DNA of 64,000 bases from NCBI GenBank assembly GCA_951406725.2, contig OX597814.1:89466001-89530000 (forward strand), in the 5' to 3' direction. The notes under the pieces were generated by a model. It did not search any database and was not told the DNA's origin. It was given only the letters and a program-made list of their open reading frames with translations. Positions 40,388 through 54,912 of this stretch are shown here, piece after piece (the stretch's first letter is position 1; every line of letters starts with the position of its first letter). The DNA comes from Octopus vulgaris. Lineage: Eukaryota. A program made the translations under genes and the position numbers.

Positions 40388-41268
40388 GACAGACAGATAT
40401 ATTGATAGCTGTACAGGTAGTTGAACTGAATTGAATTGAAATGAAATGGAAATATTATTGATTGGCAAATAACTTAGACTCTGCCTTGTAACTGTTAAGT
40501 ATAGTGGTGGTGGTAATATTGATAGGAGTGTTGGTTAATGGAGATAGCAGTGATGAGTAGACTGCGAAAAATGTGTTTAAATTTATTTCTTATTTCTATA
40601 ACCCTCTTTACTTCACGTATGTACTTTAGTGCAATGCATTAACGTTTTGCTCATTTGAAACATTTTTTTATAACACATAGAGAACGATAGACGACGTAAG
40701 GCGACAAGAGAAAGAGTAAGGGTACGACATTTTTATAGTTTTTCCAAACAACCATATTAAATTTTTTTTTAAACTTTACCAACATACTGTAACAGAATAA
40801 TATAGATAATATCTTCGATTTTATTTCATAATTAAAACTGATAGCTTCTTGCTAAATGGAAAATACTAGATAACAATTCCATGTCCGAAGACGTAAGAAT
40901 ATAGCTTTCAGAGATGATGTATTTTTGAGATTATACCATCGATACAACGTATGTAGATTTTTATACCATCTCAAGTACCAAATAATTCAGAAAAATATAC
41001 AATTACATGTAGCAGTTTTCAAAATAATAGTGGAATATTCACGGAAACTGCAAGTAAATCATTAATATTTTAAATGGAAATTTTCTTCAGCTTCATAGAT
41101 TTTCACACTTTCCCAGTTTTCAATAACTCTGATTTTCTTATGCTTTAAAGTTTGTTTTGATGAAATTTTATTTAATTTTCAAAAATGTTAGCTGTCCATC
41201 AATTCTATAAATCACTTAATTTTGCTAACATTTTTCATATCATTTACAAGCTTACACACACACAAACA

Positions 41269-41327
<59 letters not shown>

Positions 41328-42248
41328 TATATGTATGTGTGTGTGTGTACATCCTGGTGTTAAATATTAAGGAGAATATAGGAAGGCAACTTACAACAAA
41401 GTACTCAAAGTATTAAAATTGTGTGAAGATATTTAATTGAAACATTGAGTTCAACAAAATGCATTTGTTTAATTCTTGAACAGACATACATACGCACAAT
41501 CCGCGCATATATATACGTATGTATGTACACACACACACTTATATATATATATATGAAAATATATGCATATATAGATGCATGTATTTAACTTAGTCATTAT
41601 ATATATGTGCATATATATACGTACACATGTACACACAGACACACACACACATACACACGCACACTCATAAATATGTATATATACATAAGTGTAAATTCGC
41701 ACGCGAGTGTGTCTGTGTGCAAGTGTATGTGTGTATGTGTGTGTTTGAAATATAATATTCTATAATGCAAGAACACAAGATTGGTTAATGGAAGATGAAT
41801 AAACATCTGCTAAAGATGTTAAATAAGAGAAAAGAAATTATTCAAACCTGCAACCATCTTGAACCACCCTTTTACCATGTTCGGTTTTCCTTCTACCATC
41901 ACCATTACCACCAAGACATACATCAATAACCATCATCAGCCACATCGTTATCACTGCAGCATTAATACCAAGAAGTAATATCTATTTCCACTTAAATGTG
42001 GATGTTCTGTTCAGAGCAAACCTTACTTCGGAAACTACCATGAGAGAAATTCTCATCTTGCCTTTTGGTGCAAAACGTACCCTTGTTTATATCGTTAGTG
42101 GGGACATAAATCATCACCAACTCTAGCAACGAGATCACATGATCACGTGAATTCGTAGCTAATCGCGACACCAGTGCCTGTTCTGGCACTTATTTTCTAT
42201 ATATCGCTGGCGGGGAAATGACTTGCTGTTATCTCTAGCGGTCGGGCG

Positions 42249-42318
42249 TCCATCACTGATGAGATCAAGGAAGGTCGAAATCGTGTGAACTGGTCGTCTC
42301 AGAGCTGGAATTGATGGA
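42249..42318 (+). ncRNA. Hammerhead-like motif inside a larger hairpin
   Basis: TCCATCA-CTGATGA-GATC-AAGGAA-GGTC-GAAA...TGATGGA; cleavage triplet register imperfect. Confidence 0.45.
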
Positions 42319-42488
42319 GGGTCTATCTCCACGCTAGCGATATAAAACAAGCGTGCATTTTGCACCAAAAGCCTATATAAGAGTTTCTCTGATGGTATCT
42401 ACCGCAGCAAAGTTTCTTCTAACAGAACATCCCCGTTTAAGTGGGAATAAATATTACCAGATTTTGTTCATTCTCCTCAACTCAGATA

Positions 42489-42905
42489 CCTATTTCTTTA
42501 CTGTCCACAAGGGGCTACACACAGAGGGGACAAACAAGGACAGACAAACGGATTAAGTCGATTATATCGACCCCAGTGCGTAACTGGTACTTATTTAATC
42601 GACCCCGAAAGGATGAAAGGCAAAGTCGACCTCGGCGGAATTTGAACTCAGAACGTAACGGCAGACAAAATACCTATTTTTTTATTACCCACAAGGGGCT
42701 AAACACAGAGGGGACAAACAAGGACAGACATAGGTATTAAGTCGATTACATCGACCCCAATGCGTAACTGGTACTTAATTTATCGACCCCGAAAGGATGA
42801 AAGTCAAAGTCGACCTCGGCGGAATTTGAACTCACAACGTAACGCAGACGAAATACCGCTAAGCATTTCGCCCGGCGTGCTAACGTTTCTGCCAGCTCGC
42901 CGCCT
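42489..42905 (-). mobile_element. SINE family A dimer with 15 bp target-site duplication
   Basis: TCCTCAACTCAGATA at 42474-42488 and 42906-42920; two tail-1 units. Confidence 0.93.
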
Positions 42906-43472
42906 TCCTCAACTCAGATAGCACACTCGAGATAAGCCTTGTCCGTAAACCATTTCCACCATGTTTCCCCGACACAATTATTTCCCTATCTCTCATTTTC
43001 TTAGTGACTCTCTTTCATGAAGAATATCCTATGCACAGAACTTTTATTATTCCTCCTTTTCTACATGGTTATATGCATTGACTTTACATTTGTTTTTAAT
43101 ATGCCTATCCTACTGAATGATTTGCTGCTAGTGCAAACCTACAATAGATCCTAGATTACATAGACATGTGCACTTTACATATGTATGCATGTATACGCAC
43201 AGACAGACTGACAGGCACACACACACGTTAAACTTTAAACGTATTGAGGGTGTTTATGGTGGTTTTGTTGCATAAATATATATATATGTAACATGCATAA
43301 AATATACATGTAAATGTATATGTAAGTGTGATACACATGTATAATATACATGTATATACGTGTAATATATGTGTATAAATATGTATGTATAAATATATGT
43401 AATATATATGTATACATATATAAGTATATGTGTATGTGTATATAGAGAGGGAGAGAGAGCGAGCCATACACG

Positions 43473-43518
<46 letters not shown>

Positions 43519-44042
43519 CATGCATATATTTACATATGTATATGGCTCGCTCTCTCCTTCTCTCTCTTTGCTTCTCTCTCGTATACATATATATACGCAC
43601 ACATGCATTCACACACACACACGCACACACGTACGCACGTGTGTGTGTGTGTGTGTGTGTGTGGCATATACTTTGCCATACATACAGATCTACCTGTCAT
43701 TCTGTAGAAGAAATTAATTATTTTCTCTACAGTTCAGTGAACTAAACAGCAAATTGAGTAGATAAAGTGAAGCATTTTGGTCTTCAAGAATCTTCCATGA
43801 ATTTAATACGACAGGAAACCATAAACTTGATATTTTTCCATATCCTTTGCGATTTTTTAAAAATTTATCCTTCATTACACATTGTTGTGTGTTTTGTCTT
43901 ATATCATTTTATACACTTGCATGCACATATATGCTTCCCGTTGTTCTCCTTTGTAAATGTACTTACACATACATACATTACGTACATAGATTATTTACAT
44001 ACATACATGCACACATTCTCACATACATTTGTGTGTAAATGC

Positions 44043-44133
<91 letters not shown>

Positions 44134-44134
44134 C

Positions 44135-44217
<83 letters not shown>

Positions 44218-44246
44218 CCTACCTACCTACCTACCTACCTACCTAC

Positions 44247-44281
<35 letters not shown>

Positions 44282-44302
44282 CCTACCTACCTACCTACCT
44301 AC

Positions 44303-44335
<33 letters not shown>

Positions 44336-44338
44336 ACC

Positions 44339-44376
<38 letters not shown>

Positions 44377-44480
44377 ATAAATAACACACACAGATACATA
44401 CATACATACATACGTACATACATACAAACATACATACATACATACATACATACATACATACATACATACATACATACTTA
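44043..44480. repeat. (ATCT)n/(ACCT)n, (TA)n and (TACA)n microsatellites
   Basis: Direct reading; explains the YLSI-repeat ORFs. Confidence 0.97.
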
Positions 44481-45532
44481 CATAATACATGTATATACGC
44501 ATGCATAAGCATGCATATGCATGCGTATCTGTATTTTTATGCCCACGCACACAATACTATAAAGGACAGAAACACTTCTTTATGTTTTTGGTTTAACTTT
44601 GATAACAGCAAGAAACCCCTTCAAGCCACTTGTAAGCTTTGTTTGGTTTGTGTGTGTTTTGAAGATCGACATTTGGAAATTTTTGCTCTGTGTTGTTGTG
44701 AAGGAGACCAGGATCCTGAGGAGCTAGTTAGTTCCGTTTTGTTTTTGTCTTTTGGGGCAGAATTTATTATATTTCTTTTTTATTTTTTTGAATTTATATA
44801 TTTTCTTTTAAAGACATAAGTATGTCATCGAAAGGTAAACAGAATTTGAAAGAGTTCTTTAAAATTGACTTCCTCATCTTAAGCAAAAAACATCACCGAC
44901 TCCAGTGCCGACACAAAGAACAACAACAATAGCTAAAACAAACAAACAAACTAAGAATAGAGCGGGGATAATGATATACCGCTAATGCCAACATCAGCTA
45001 CCAACACTGCAATAAAACAGCAGTTGCTGTACAACAAATTACAGAAGTGAAGTAAAAGGCATGAACATCAACTGTAGCAGCAACAAAAGCATTGAAAATG
45101 AGGACGACGAAAAAACAGAGACAACAACAACACTACATCTAGCAATAGGTGTAGTGACGTTGCATATCAATTACCATCATCACTATAGCATTGATGCTAA
45201 CACCATTAATAACGAGACCAGAGCGGTGTGCAAACTCACTGTGAGCAGTTTCAAAGACACTGTGAGCGGTTTACAATAGGATAAATTTATATTATTTAAT
45301 CTCAACCGAAGCAAGGCTCGATAACCTCACTACATCCTCCTGGTCCATAAAAAAAGTGTGGAGGGGGTCTCTAATAAAACAGCCTCTCAGTCCACACACA
45401 CACAAAAAAACTTACTGTGAGCGGTTTGAAAAGTGAGACACATTTCCTCAATCAGATCTGGATGAGCTTTACCTTGAAATACCGCAAAATGTCCAGGAAT
45501 ACACACAGAAAAAAGCCCCCCCCCCCACCATA

Positions 45533-47070
45533 CGTGGGTGGGCTGAAAAGTTCATAGGCCGACTATGAAGGAGTGATGTTAGAGAAGTGACATATTTCAT
45601 GCATTAATTTCAACTCTCTTTTTTAAAATTGATAACTGCATTATTTTTCCAGGTAAACTGACATCTGATTGTTCAAAGAAGACTTCAAAAGTAACTAGTA
45701 GCGATTTCTCTTGAAAATCAACAAAATTTAGTCTTATCAAGTGCCTGCAGAAAAAAGGCTTTAACTCTCAAAGGACATTCATACTGACATAGTTGCTTCA
45801 TTTGGGAATGGTTATCCAGCTTTATCAGTAGAGCAAAGATGGGCAGCTGAATTTAGGTGGGGAAGGAGAGTTTTGAAGATGATCCAAGGTCTGGACATCC
45901 TGAAACTGCCACCACCAAGGAAAAAACATTGATCGTATTCACCACACAGTGATGGATGTCAGGCGATTGACTATAAATCAAATAGCCAATGCTATTAGCA
46001 TATCCCGCAAGAGACTTGAGAATACTATGTACAATGAACTTATTTCTTATTTCCCACAAGAGGCTAAACATAGAAGGGACAAACAAAGGGATTAAGTCGA
46101 TTACATCGACTCCAGTGCGTAACTGGTACTTATTTAATCGACCCCGAAAGGATGAAAGGCTAAGTTGACCTCGGCGGAATTTGAACTCAGAACGTTGCGG
46201 AAGACGAAATATATGCCTCTGTACAATGAACTTGGCATGACTAGGATTCTGCCAGCTCGCCGCCTTATTTTTTTCTCGCGTGGAGCTTAGGTGTTTCGCT
46301 CATAAACACACATATCGCCCGGTCTGAGATTCGAATCCGCTGCTCTAACTACTAGGCCATATACCTCTGTACAATGAACTTGGCATGACTAGGGTTTCTG
46401 CTTGGAGGGTGTCACGTCTTCTGACACCTGATCAAAAGTGCACCAGGCTGGTCACGTCACGGGAAAATCTGACATTGTTTCAATCAGGTCCAACTGGTTT
46501 CGTTGGACGTTTCCTGCATCAGGATGAGTGTTGGGCTCATCCCTTTGATTCTCGAGACAAAGAGACAATCCATGCAGACGAACCCCCTTCCACCTGCTCC
46601 AAAGAAGGCCAAGGAGCTTCATCTGCAGAGAAGATGACAGCCTCAGTTTTTCGGATGCAAAAGGCATTGAGCTTATTGGCAATCTTTAAAAGGCCACACC
46701 ATCAATGACATGCTAACTTGCGGAGACAGTTACAAAAAGATATAAAGACCAAACGTCGGGAAAACTGACGGAAACGGTCTTGTTTCAACAGTTCAATGCT
46801 CTAGCACACAAGTCGTTTGTTTCAATAGCTGCTGTAAGTGACTGTGGTTTTGAGCTGGTTGACCACCCTCTCTATTCTCCTGATTTGGCCTCCACCTGAC
46901 TATCATCTGTTCCCCAACATGAAAAAACAGTTGGATGGGAAGAAGTGTCAGAGTGATGACGATGTCATATCTGCTGTTGATGATTTTTTTGACAAATAGG
47001 ATAAAAGCTTCTTACCCAATGGAATCCAAGCACTGCGACTTCGATGGACGAAGTGTGTGGACCGCAAAGG
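45533..47070 (+). mobile_element. Second mariner relic (irritans/Himar-like), 3' TIR missing, interrupted by SINEs
   Basis: Left end TA-CGTGGGTGGGCTGAAAAGTTC. Peptides SFEDDPRSGHP, MTRVSAWRVSRLLT, QDECW, VDHPLYSPDLA, WTKCVDRKG. Confidence 0.88.
46042..46364 (-). mobile_element. SINE A copy plus SINE C head fragment nested in the mariner
   Basis: Family A at 46042-46266, family C-like head at ~46270-46364; target sequence TGTACAATGAACTT occurs three times. Confidence 0.8.
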
Positions 47071-47597
47071 GGATTTTCACAACCCTTTAATTAAAAAACT
47101 ATTTAAAAACAGCCCAAAACGATGTTAGAAATGGTAGAAAGTTGCAAGAATAGATTGCTTCTATTCTTATTTGTGAAGTTATGGTCCGCCAAATTTGCGA
47201 AAAGCATTTTTTAAGTTCGTGACATGCAATTTTCACTAATTTTTACTAAATTTCAAAGTTCGAAAACTTTTGAACTGATGGAACAATTGGCCTGAAATTT
47301 TCAGAGTTGTGTTTTCTCTGTGGTAAAAATTTTTGAAGTAAATCTGAAATATGACCCATGGGACCATTCGGTAACTTCATTAGGAATAATCCTTATGAAA
47401 TATAGGTTTATAGAAATAAAATCTAGGAAAGTGGAGCAAGAGAAACAAAACAAGAACAGCAGCGGCGGTGGCAGCAGCAGCAGCAGCAGCAGCAAAAGCT
47501 TCCAAGCTACGTGTCCCCAGCTTATTTTCGGTGTTTGCGGTGCATGCACGTAAACATGTCGCCCGAGATCGGGAGAGGGAGTTATTATTTTTGGGTG

Positions 47598-47972
<375 letters not shown>

Positions 47973-47999
47973 AAACCAGGCAAAACACCTGGTTTGAAT

Positions 48000-49430
48000 T
48001 GTCTATTTTACTTTTATATGCCAGACTTGTTCGGTGACCTCTTGGCGGATATCTATTGTAACAGGTAGCTGGATAGAAGAATCGCCAGTTCTGTAGATCG
48101 AAGAGTGGTTACGCTGCAGGGAAGGTATTGAGGTTAATAATTTTTACCCTTAACCCTGCTAAACGCAGATTTCAAGATTTTGGCCAAAGTGTTATTTAAG
48201 AGGTTGGCGCTTGTGTTCAGTAGCCTGATTGATGCACAAATATGCACCTTCCCAAACACATATATTCACGTCAACCTTCTCTTGAGAAAGGACCCTGGTA
48301 CGGAGGGGGTTCTGATTAAGTTATATCAACCGAAAGCTTTCGTCAGGGTCCACCACAAATACGCAGCTGTCTCCACAACAGTCGGTTTCGATATTGTCTT
48401 TCACGGTTGGATTGTTGCATCATGCGTCGACATCCCCTCGGTGGTGATGATGAATAACTGTCTATGGGAAACATTCAGAATAATGTACTCGGTCCATCAT
48501 AGTATCTCCTTACGACTCTTCTGTCGACTCTACTGTAGAAACTAGAGACATTGAGGGGCAGCCTGTGCCAACTAAGATGCGGAAATTCCGAGTCAGCATA
48601 TGCAGACAACTTAACCAACCATCCCAGCGTTATCGGGAACAAGACACACAGGCTTGATAAGCACCGCTCTAAGCGATTATAAGGCAGTAACAGGAGCTAA
48701 AATTAATCAAAATAAGTCACTGGATCTACTGGAGAGGCAGATCTAGACAGTCCAAGCATTGTAATAGGGTGCTAGACCGACGGACTGGTTAGATTGCCCA
48801 GAGTATACTTTGACCAAAGGAGAAAATGCTACGACTATGTGATGAGCAGGCTGGTCAGTGTCACCCAGAAATAGGTGGAGGTCGAGCAAAGGTGGCGAAC
48901 ACCATCATAACTTCTGTCATCTATTAACACAAAGCTGTTGTGTTTTTTGCCCAATATACCTCTCACTAAACTGGTGCATTTGCTCTTTCACTTTCTTTGA
49001 AAGAGATGTGTTTCACTATTTAGACACTTCATTTGCTGTCAACATCCACTGAGTGGCAAGTTTGAGGTTGTTATCGGTTAACAATTTGCCTTTTTGACAG
49101 AGCTTGGTCAAACAAAAATTGAGCGAGAGCCTGGACTCATGGATAATTTTCAGAAATCTCTGGCGTGGAAGTGCGACTGGATGAGAACGTTTCCGGTTTG
49201 TGATAAATTCTACAGGCACGGAATTGCCGTTAGCTGGACCAGTCTAAAATACGAAACCGTTTTGTACCCACTCGTCTTGTTCTCAAAAATTGTTGACTTG
49301 GTGGGTTATGTGGATTACCTCCTGTCACTTGTGGGGAAAATCCGGTTATCAGCTAAGTTCATCGTGAAGACAATTCCGTAACCTTCCTTTGGGCGGGAAG
49401 GACAGGCGCTCTTTATTTATCTGGAAGCTT
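48000..49430 (+). mobile_element. L1/Tx1-like LINE ORF2 relic (RT and C-terminal part)
   Basis: LTLLNADFKILAKVLFKRL and SAYADNL; homologous to the element at 14564-17950. Confidence 0.8.
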
Positions 49431-50035
49431 TGGTGAAAAAGGCTGCGTGATTGGTAAAATTGGTTGTTAATAGCGTAAGCATTATTAGTATTAAGCGGAC
49501 AAAAATGCTTCACAACTTCTTATATTCTGAGTTCAAATATCACCAAGGTCGATTGTGCGTTTCATAATCACAGGGTTCATTGAATAATTACCAGTGAGCA
49601 CTGGAATCGATGTAGCTGACTTGCTCATTCCTCTTAAATTGCTGGCGTTGTGCTAAAATTTGTAGTTATTACTAATGTTATGTAAAGTGTGATGGATTAA
49701 TAGAACTGTTAGAGCCTCGAAAACTTAGCGGTCCCCCCACCCGCCAAGAGAATAAATGCCAGGCTTTAAAAATAAGTACTAGAGTCAATTTGTTTAGCTA
49801 AGCATGTCAAGGTGGTACCCTAGCATGACTGCATTCTGAAACAAGTAAATGATAGTAATAGTAGTAGCGTTAACATTAAAACGCTGTACAGTTATAGATC
49901 AAAATATTTTCCTTGATTCAATAACAAGAACCGGAACAGGCTTCTCACTATCTTTACCCACAGCAACAGCAGCAAGAACAACACCAATAATACTGAATTT
50001 TGGCAGCGACACAAAGTAACACATATATAAATATA

Positions 50036-50262
50036 AGGCGGCGAGCTGGCAGAAACGTTAGCACGCTGGGCGAAATGCGTAGCCGTATTTCGTCTGCCGT
50101 TACGTTCTGAGTTCAAATTCCGCCGAGGTCGACTTTGGCTTTCATCCTTTCGGGGTCGAAAAATTAAGTACCAGTTACGTACTGGGATCGATATAATCGA
50201 CTTAATCTGTTTGCCTGTCCTTGTTTGTCTCCTCTGTGTTTAGTCCCTTGTGTGTAGTAAAG
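50036..50262 (+). mobile_element. SINE family A, full-length
   Basis: Head, B box, central domain and tail 1. Confidence 0.9.
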
Positions 50263-52519
50263 ATATATATATATATAATATATATATATTTATATAGCTG
50301 CTTTTTCAAGTAGGTCAAGCGAATACATAGAGGAATTCATCACTGGCTCGTATCAAACACTGTTATTATGCCGTAACAACATAGCTTTGAGACTGAATGG
50401 ATTGTGAATGTGTATTGTAGCAATTTGTCTTCTAAAATGTAAAATATAGATAATTTATTTTTTTCACACCTTCAGCTTCATCAACTGTAATGATCCAGAG
50501 AGGTTTTCAACAAATTGTGACAAATTGGCTGATGATACGATATGAAGCATTCATTCAAGATAGCTTATTACATTTCTGCTTCTGTTGCCACCTAGTATTT
50601 TATTAAATTGGCACGTACCGATTTAATCTCAGAGACACTTGTTACTATTCTATTTTTGCAGTTCGTATTTTTATCCTTTACGGAGAGAACGTATGGTTCT
50701 GTATCTTGCTATTTTAATTATTTTCCTTCATTCAGTGGTCGTTTCCTTTAAGAGTTTTTACTTGCATACATTGTATTACTGGGTGCATTGCTACAAAATC
50801 ATTACTTTTGTGACCGTTGGATACGTTAGTGTTGTTGTTTTTGTTTAACTCCAAGCCAAGCAGTCCTAATCTTGTTGACATACAATCAAACGCATTCCAG
50901 CTGTGATCATCCCATCAACTTTTACGTAACTGACACTGGACAACACCATGAAAAGTGTTAATTTTAAGACTGTGAGAGAATTGACTGATATTTCTAGTAG
51001 ATTGAACTATCACAGAGAATTCCTGCTTGTTGGTAAGGATGTTGTATGCTTGTAGTTATTTTAAACTTCTTTAATATGGAGTTTTGCATTGCTTGAATAA
51101 ATTCGGCCCATGTATTATCGTAAAGGTTGTATGTAAATCTTTAGGTCTCACAACTCCGCTACTTCAACAGTCAAGGTGGTTAATTGTCAGACTCAGCGTG
51201 ATGGCTCTAAGTTCAAATCCTGTTGAGACAACTTGGCCTTCCATCTCTTCAAAATGAACAAATAAATTACTAGTCCAGTACTTGCTTGATTCTATATTCT
51301 TCCTCTCACACTCTCCATTTTCCTCTCTTTCTTTTCTCCCTTTTTATTTCTGTAAACAAGTCGACAATGATCAAACTTGGAGAAGAATGGAATTCGTCGG
51401 GTGTAGATTCCCAAAATATGAGGGCACCCATACAGTTCCTCCATCAAGAGCTGAGAGAGCTCCGGTTAGAAAGGACTGAAATAGTCGATAAACAGAACAA
51501 CAAGTCTTGACCACTTTGAGTAGGTCAGTTTCTCCAGGAGGAAGGTGTTCATCCCTTTTGATCGTTGAACGCATTGAATTCTGCCTTTGGAGCACTGAGT
51601 TTTATTAGCAGCCTCTTCCACCCTTCTCGGTCTTGGCGTTTCCAGGCTTCTACTGGTCCGCTAGAGAACTAAATATTGATGTAACTGCCATTTATGTATT
51701 TCATTGGGATTGGTAATCCTGGTTAAATCCATCATCTCCATAGAATATGCGTGCCATTAGCCCTCAATCAGCTCATCCACATTTAACATTTTGTTTTTAA
51801 AATTCTGTTTGGAGATCATACACTCTCCTGACTAAGCAAACTCAGCAGAGTGCTGGTCTATTTGTGATCACTCGACCATGGACAATAAGTAAGTAACGAA
51901 TTACATGGTTAATAATAACTAGTTTTCACCAGTCTGCGATGGAACTTGTGTCAATTCTACGTATTCTCTTTTATAGAACAATGTGTAACACAATTTTTGT
52001 CCTTGGAAAGCAACTTTTATTTCCTATTTGCTTTCCCCTGGAAAGTTCCAAAGAATCCTTCTCAGCACATGGCTATGATGCTCCTCCACTACTCCTGCTC
52101 TTTATCAGAGAGGCAGATATTGTCAGCTACTAAGGGACATACTCTATTGATTATGGTCAAGCAAATGACAAACAAATGTGTGGTATTGAGCAGAATATTT
52201 GCTGTAACGATATTTCTGCTTCAGCAACTCAGCGCTGAATCTGTCTGAAATGTAATGGAAAATAGGCTAATTTAAAAAAAATCGATGTTCAGGTCACAAA
52301 AGCAAAGTTTGAAGGGAACAGTAGTCATTTCCTTCGATTTCTAGATAGAAGCAAATAAGAAATAACACTTGCTGACCAAAGACAAAAATAGAAAAGATAT
52401 CGTTACACAGCGTAATTGAAAAAATACAGTCGACCTTTTCGCTTTTGTGATTCTGAATAATAACAATAACAACAATAACAACAACAATAATAATAATAAC
52501 AATGATAATAATAATAATG

Positions 52520-52695
52520 ATGGTTTCAAACTTTGCCACAAGGGCAGTCATTTTGGGGGAGGGGATGAGTCGATTACATCGGCCACAGTATTAAACTAGT
52601 ACTTATTTTATTGATCCCGGAAGGATGAAAGGCGAAGTCGACCCCGGCGGAATTTGAACTCAGAACGGAGCGACGGGCGAAATACCGCTAAGCAT
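52520..52695 (-). mobile_element. SINE family A copy
   Basis: Central domain and tail 2. Confidence 0.8.
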
Positions 52696-53979
52696 AATAC
52701 AACAAAAGTGATAATGCTGATGATGATAATAATATGAAGATAAAACGATTCGATATTGCAAATGTTTGGTCAAATTTGGTCCACAACTGACCAATACTGT
52801 TGAGATTATCTCTGTTGTTTTTGTTTAGTCAGAGATAATCTTTGATTGATGGACCTATTATAAAATGCATTCGAGTTATAATAATCCCATCCTTTATTTC
52901 AAGTATTGCCCATCATGGAATATACTATTCAATGTTATATTATTTCCATTATTAAGACGGCAGAGCATGGTTTGAAAGAGAATAGATTTATCTGATATTT
53001 CTAGCAAGTCGAGTGACCATGTAGAGGTTTCTTTGTTGACATTGCTGCTGTTATTGTTTTGGCTGTTGCAAGTTGAGAAAGTTTCAAGTGGCTGTAGATT
53101 CCAACTACACACTCAAGGAAGTTTCTTGTGCTTAAAATTTCAATCGAAGCGTGCTTTTGTTGCCAGACATCATCTTTCCTGAATGGTCTTTGTTCCGTTT
53201 GAAGTATATAGTGGGCTTTGTCTACTGAGTGTCAGACTGTTGCTGTCGCTGTTCATGTTACAGCTGCCGTTATTGTTATTGATAATATTGATTTCTAACA
53301 CTGACATACACCCACACAATTAACTCAACCAACCAACCAAAGTGACCACAACATGATGACGTTGGTATATTTTATTAATGCTGTAAAGCCAAGGAAGAAA
53401 GTTAATCGTAGCAGGGTTTCAACTCAGAATGTAAAGGGATGTAACTCAAATCGTTTTCATCGACTGTTTATTCAGTTCTGCTCTCTATCGCCCTTTATTA
53501 TTCTGTTGAAATATTGCTCGTATTGTTTCTCTTGTTGCTTCTATTTTTAGCAATGGCTTTAATCTGTCGGAGCGTTTGAATTCCATTAACTTAGCACTTC
53601 ACGCCAATAAAACAGTTATTAATTTATTATTGTGTTTCAATTGTTTAGATGAGTTGTCTGCACCGTTCGTATATAGGGGTAATACCATTAGCTTTAAGAT
53701 TCACGTAGTGTTGCGAAAATTCTAGTCCTCTTTATACAGTTACTGGAGATATCACAAGAAAGACAGGGCCACGTAGTCAGTTTAAAGCTGATGCCGTTAA
53801 TATAGCACCTTTCTTTCTTTCGTGTTTAAGGTAGGAAAACCAGGTAGAAATCAGAAGCAAAGCATTATAACGTAATGTATGTGAAAATGGACTTTGTTAT
53901 ATCTTTCAAAGTCTCACATTTATTGCATACATATGCACACATATATGTTGCATAGTGTGTGTAAGTACATATATATATT

Positions 53980-54067
53980 TGGCACCTTGGGCAAGTATCT
54001 TCTACTATAGCCTCACGCACCCAAGCCTTGTGAGTGAATTTCGTAGATAGGAAACAAAAATCTCATC

Positions 54068-54147
<80 letters not shown>

Positions 54148-54150
54148 GTA

Positions 54151-54187
<37 letters not shown>

Positions 54188-54430
54188 GCATATATATATG
54201 TATACATGTATATATATATATAATGTGCGTGTCTGTGTCGTGCTTTTCCTCACGCCATCATTTGACAATCGATGCTGGTGTATTGACGTCTTGGCGAAAG
54301 AGACCAATAGAATAAGTAATTAGGCTTACAAAGAATAAGTTCTGGGGCTGGTTTCTTCGATTAAAACCCTGTAAGACGATACTCCAGCATGGCCACAGTC
54401 AACAGTCAAAGGATTGAAACAAGTAAACGA
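53980..54430 (+). mobile_element. SINE family B with long internal (TA)n
   Basis: GGCACCTTGGGCAAGT...GATTGAAACAAGTAAA. Confidence 0.8.
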
Positions 54431-54852
54431 ATAATAACTTGATTCTCAGCTGTATTTTTTGATTTACAGCTACAATCAACTCTACATTATTCTATGCTGT
54501 TTCCGCCTACTTACTCTCCTATTTTCACTCACAAATTAAAGACCGACCTGAGGCCTTGTGGTTGCGAAGCAAACTTCTAACTATTCGACCATACTGCGCC
54601 TACACATACACTCATACATATATACTTACGCAATTACGTACATACACATGCATATATATCTGTATGTATAGAAGCGAAAATTGCACAATATATAAAATAA
54701 ATGTTGCATGCATATACATACGCACATAAATACATACACATAATTTCTCCACTTGTCTATATATCTGATAAGCTTTATTCACTATATTTGCAATCGAAGT
54801 GAGTGAGAGTTTGAAGAAAGAAGGAAGCGCAAGGAGATAAAGGAGATAAAGG

Positions 54853-54912
<60 letters not shown>

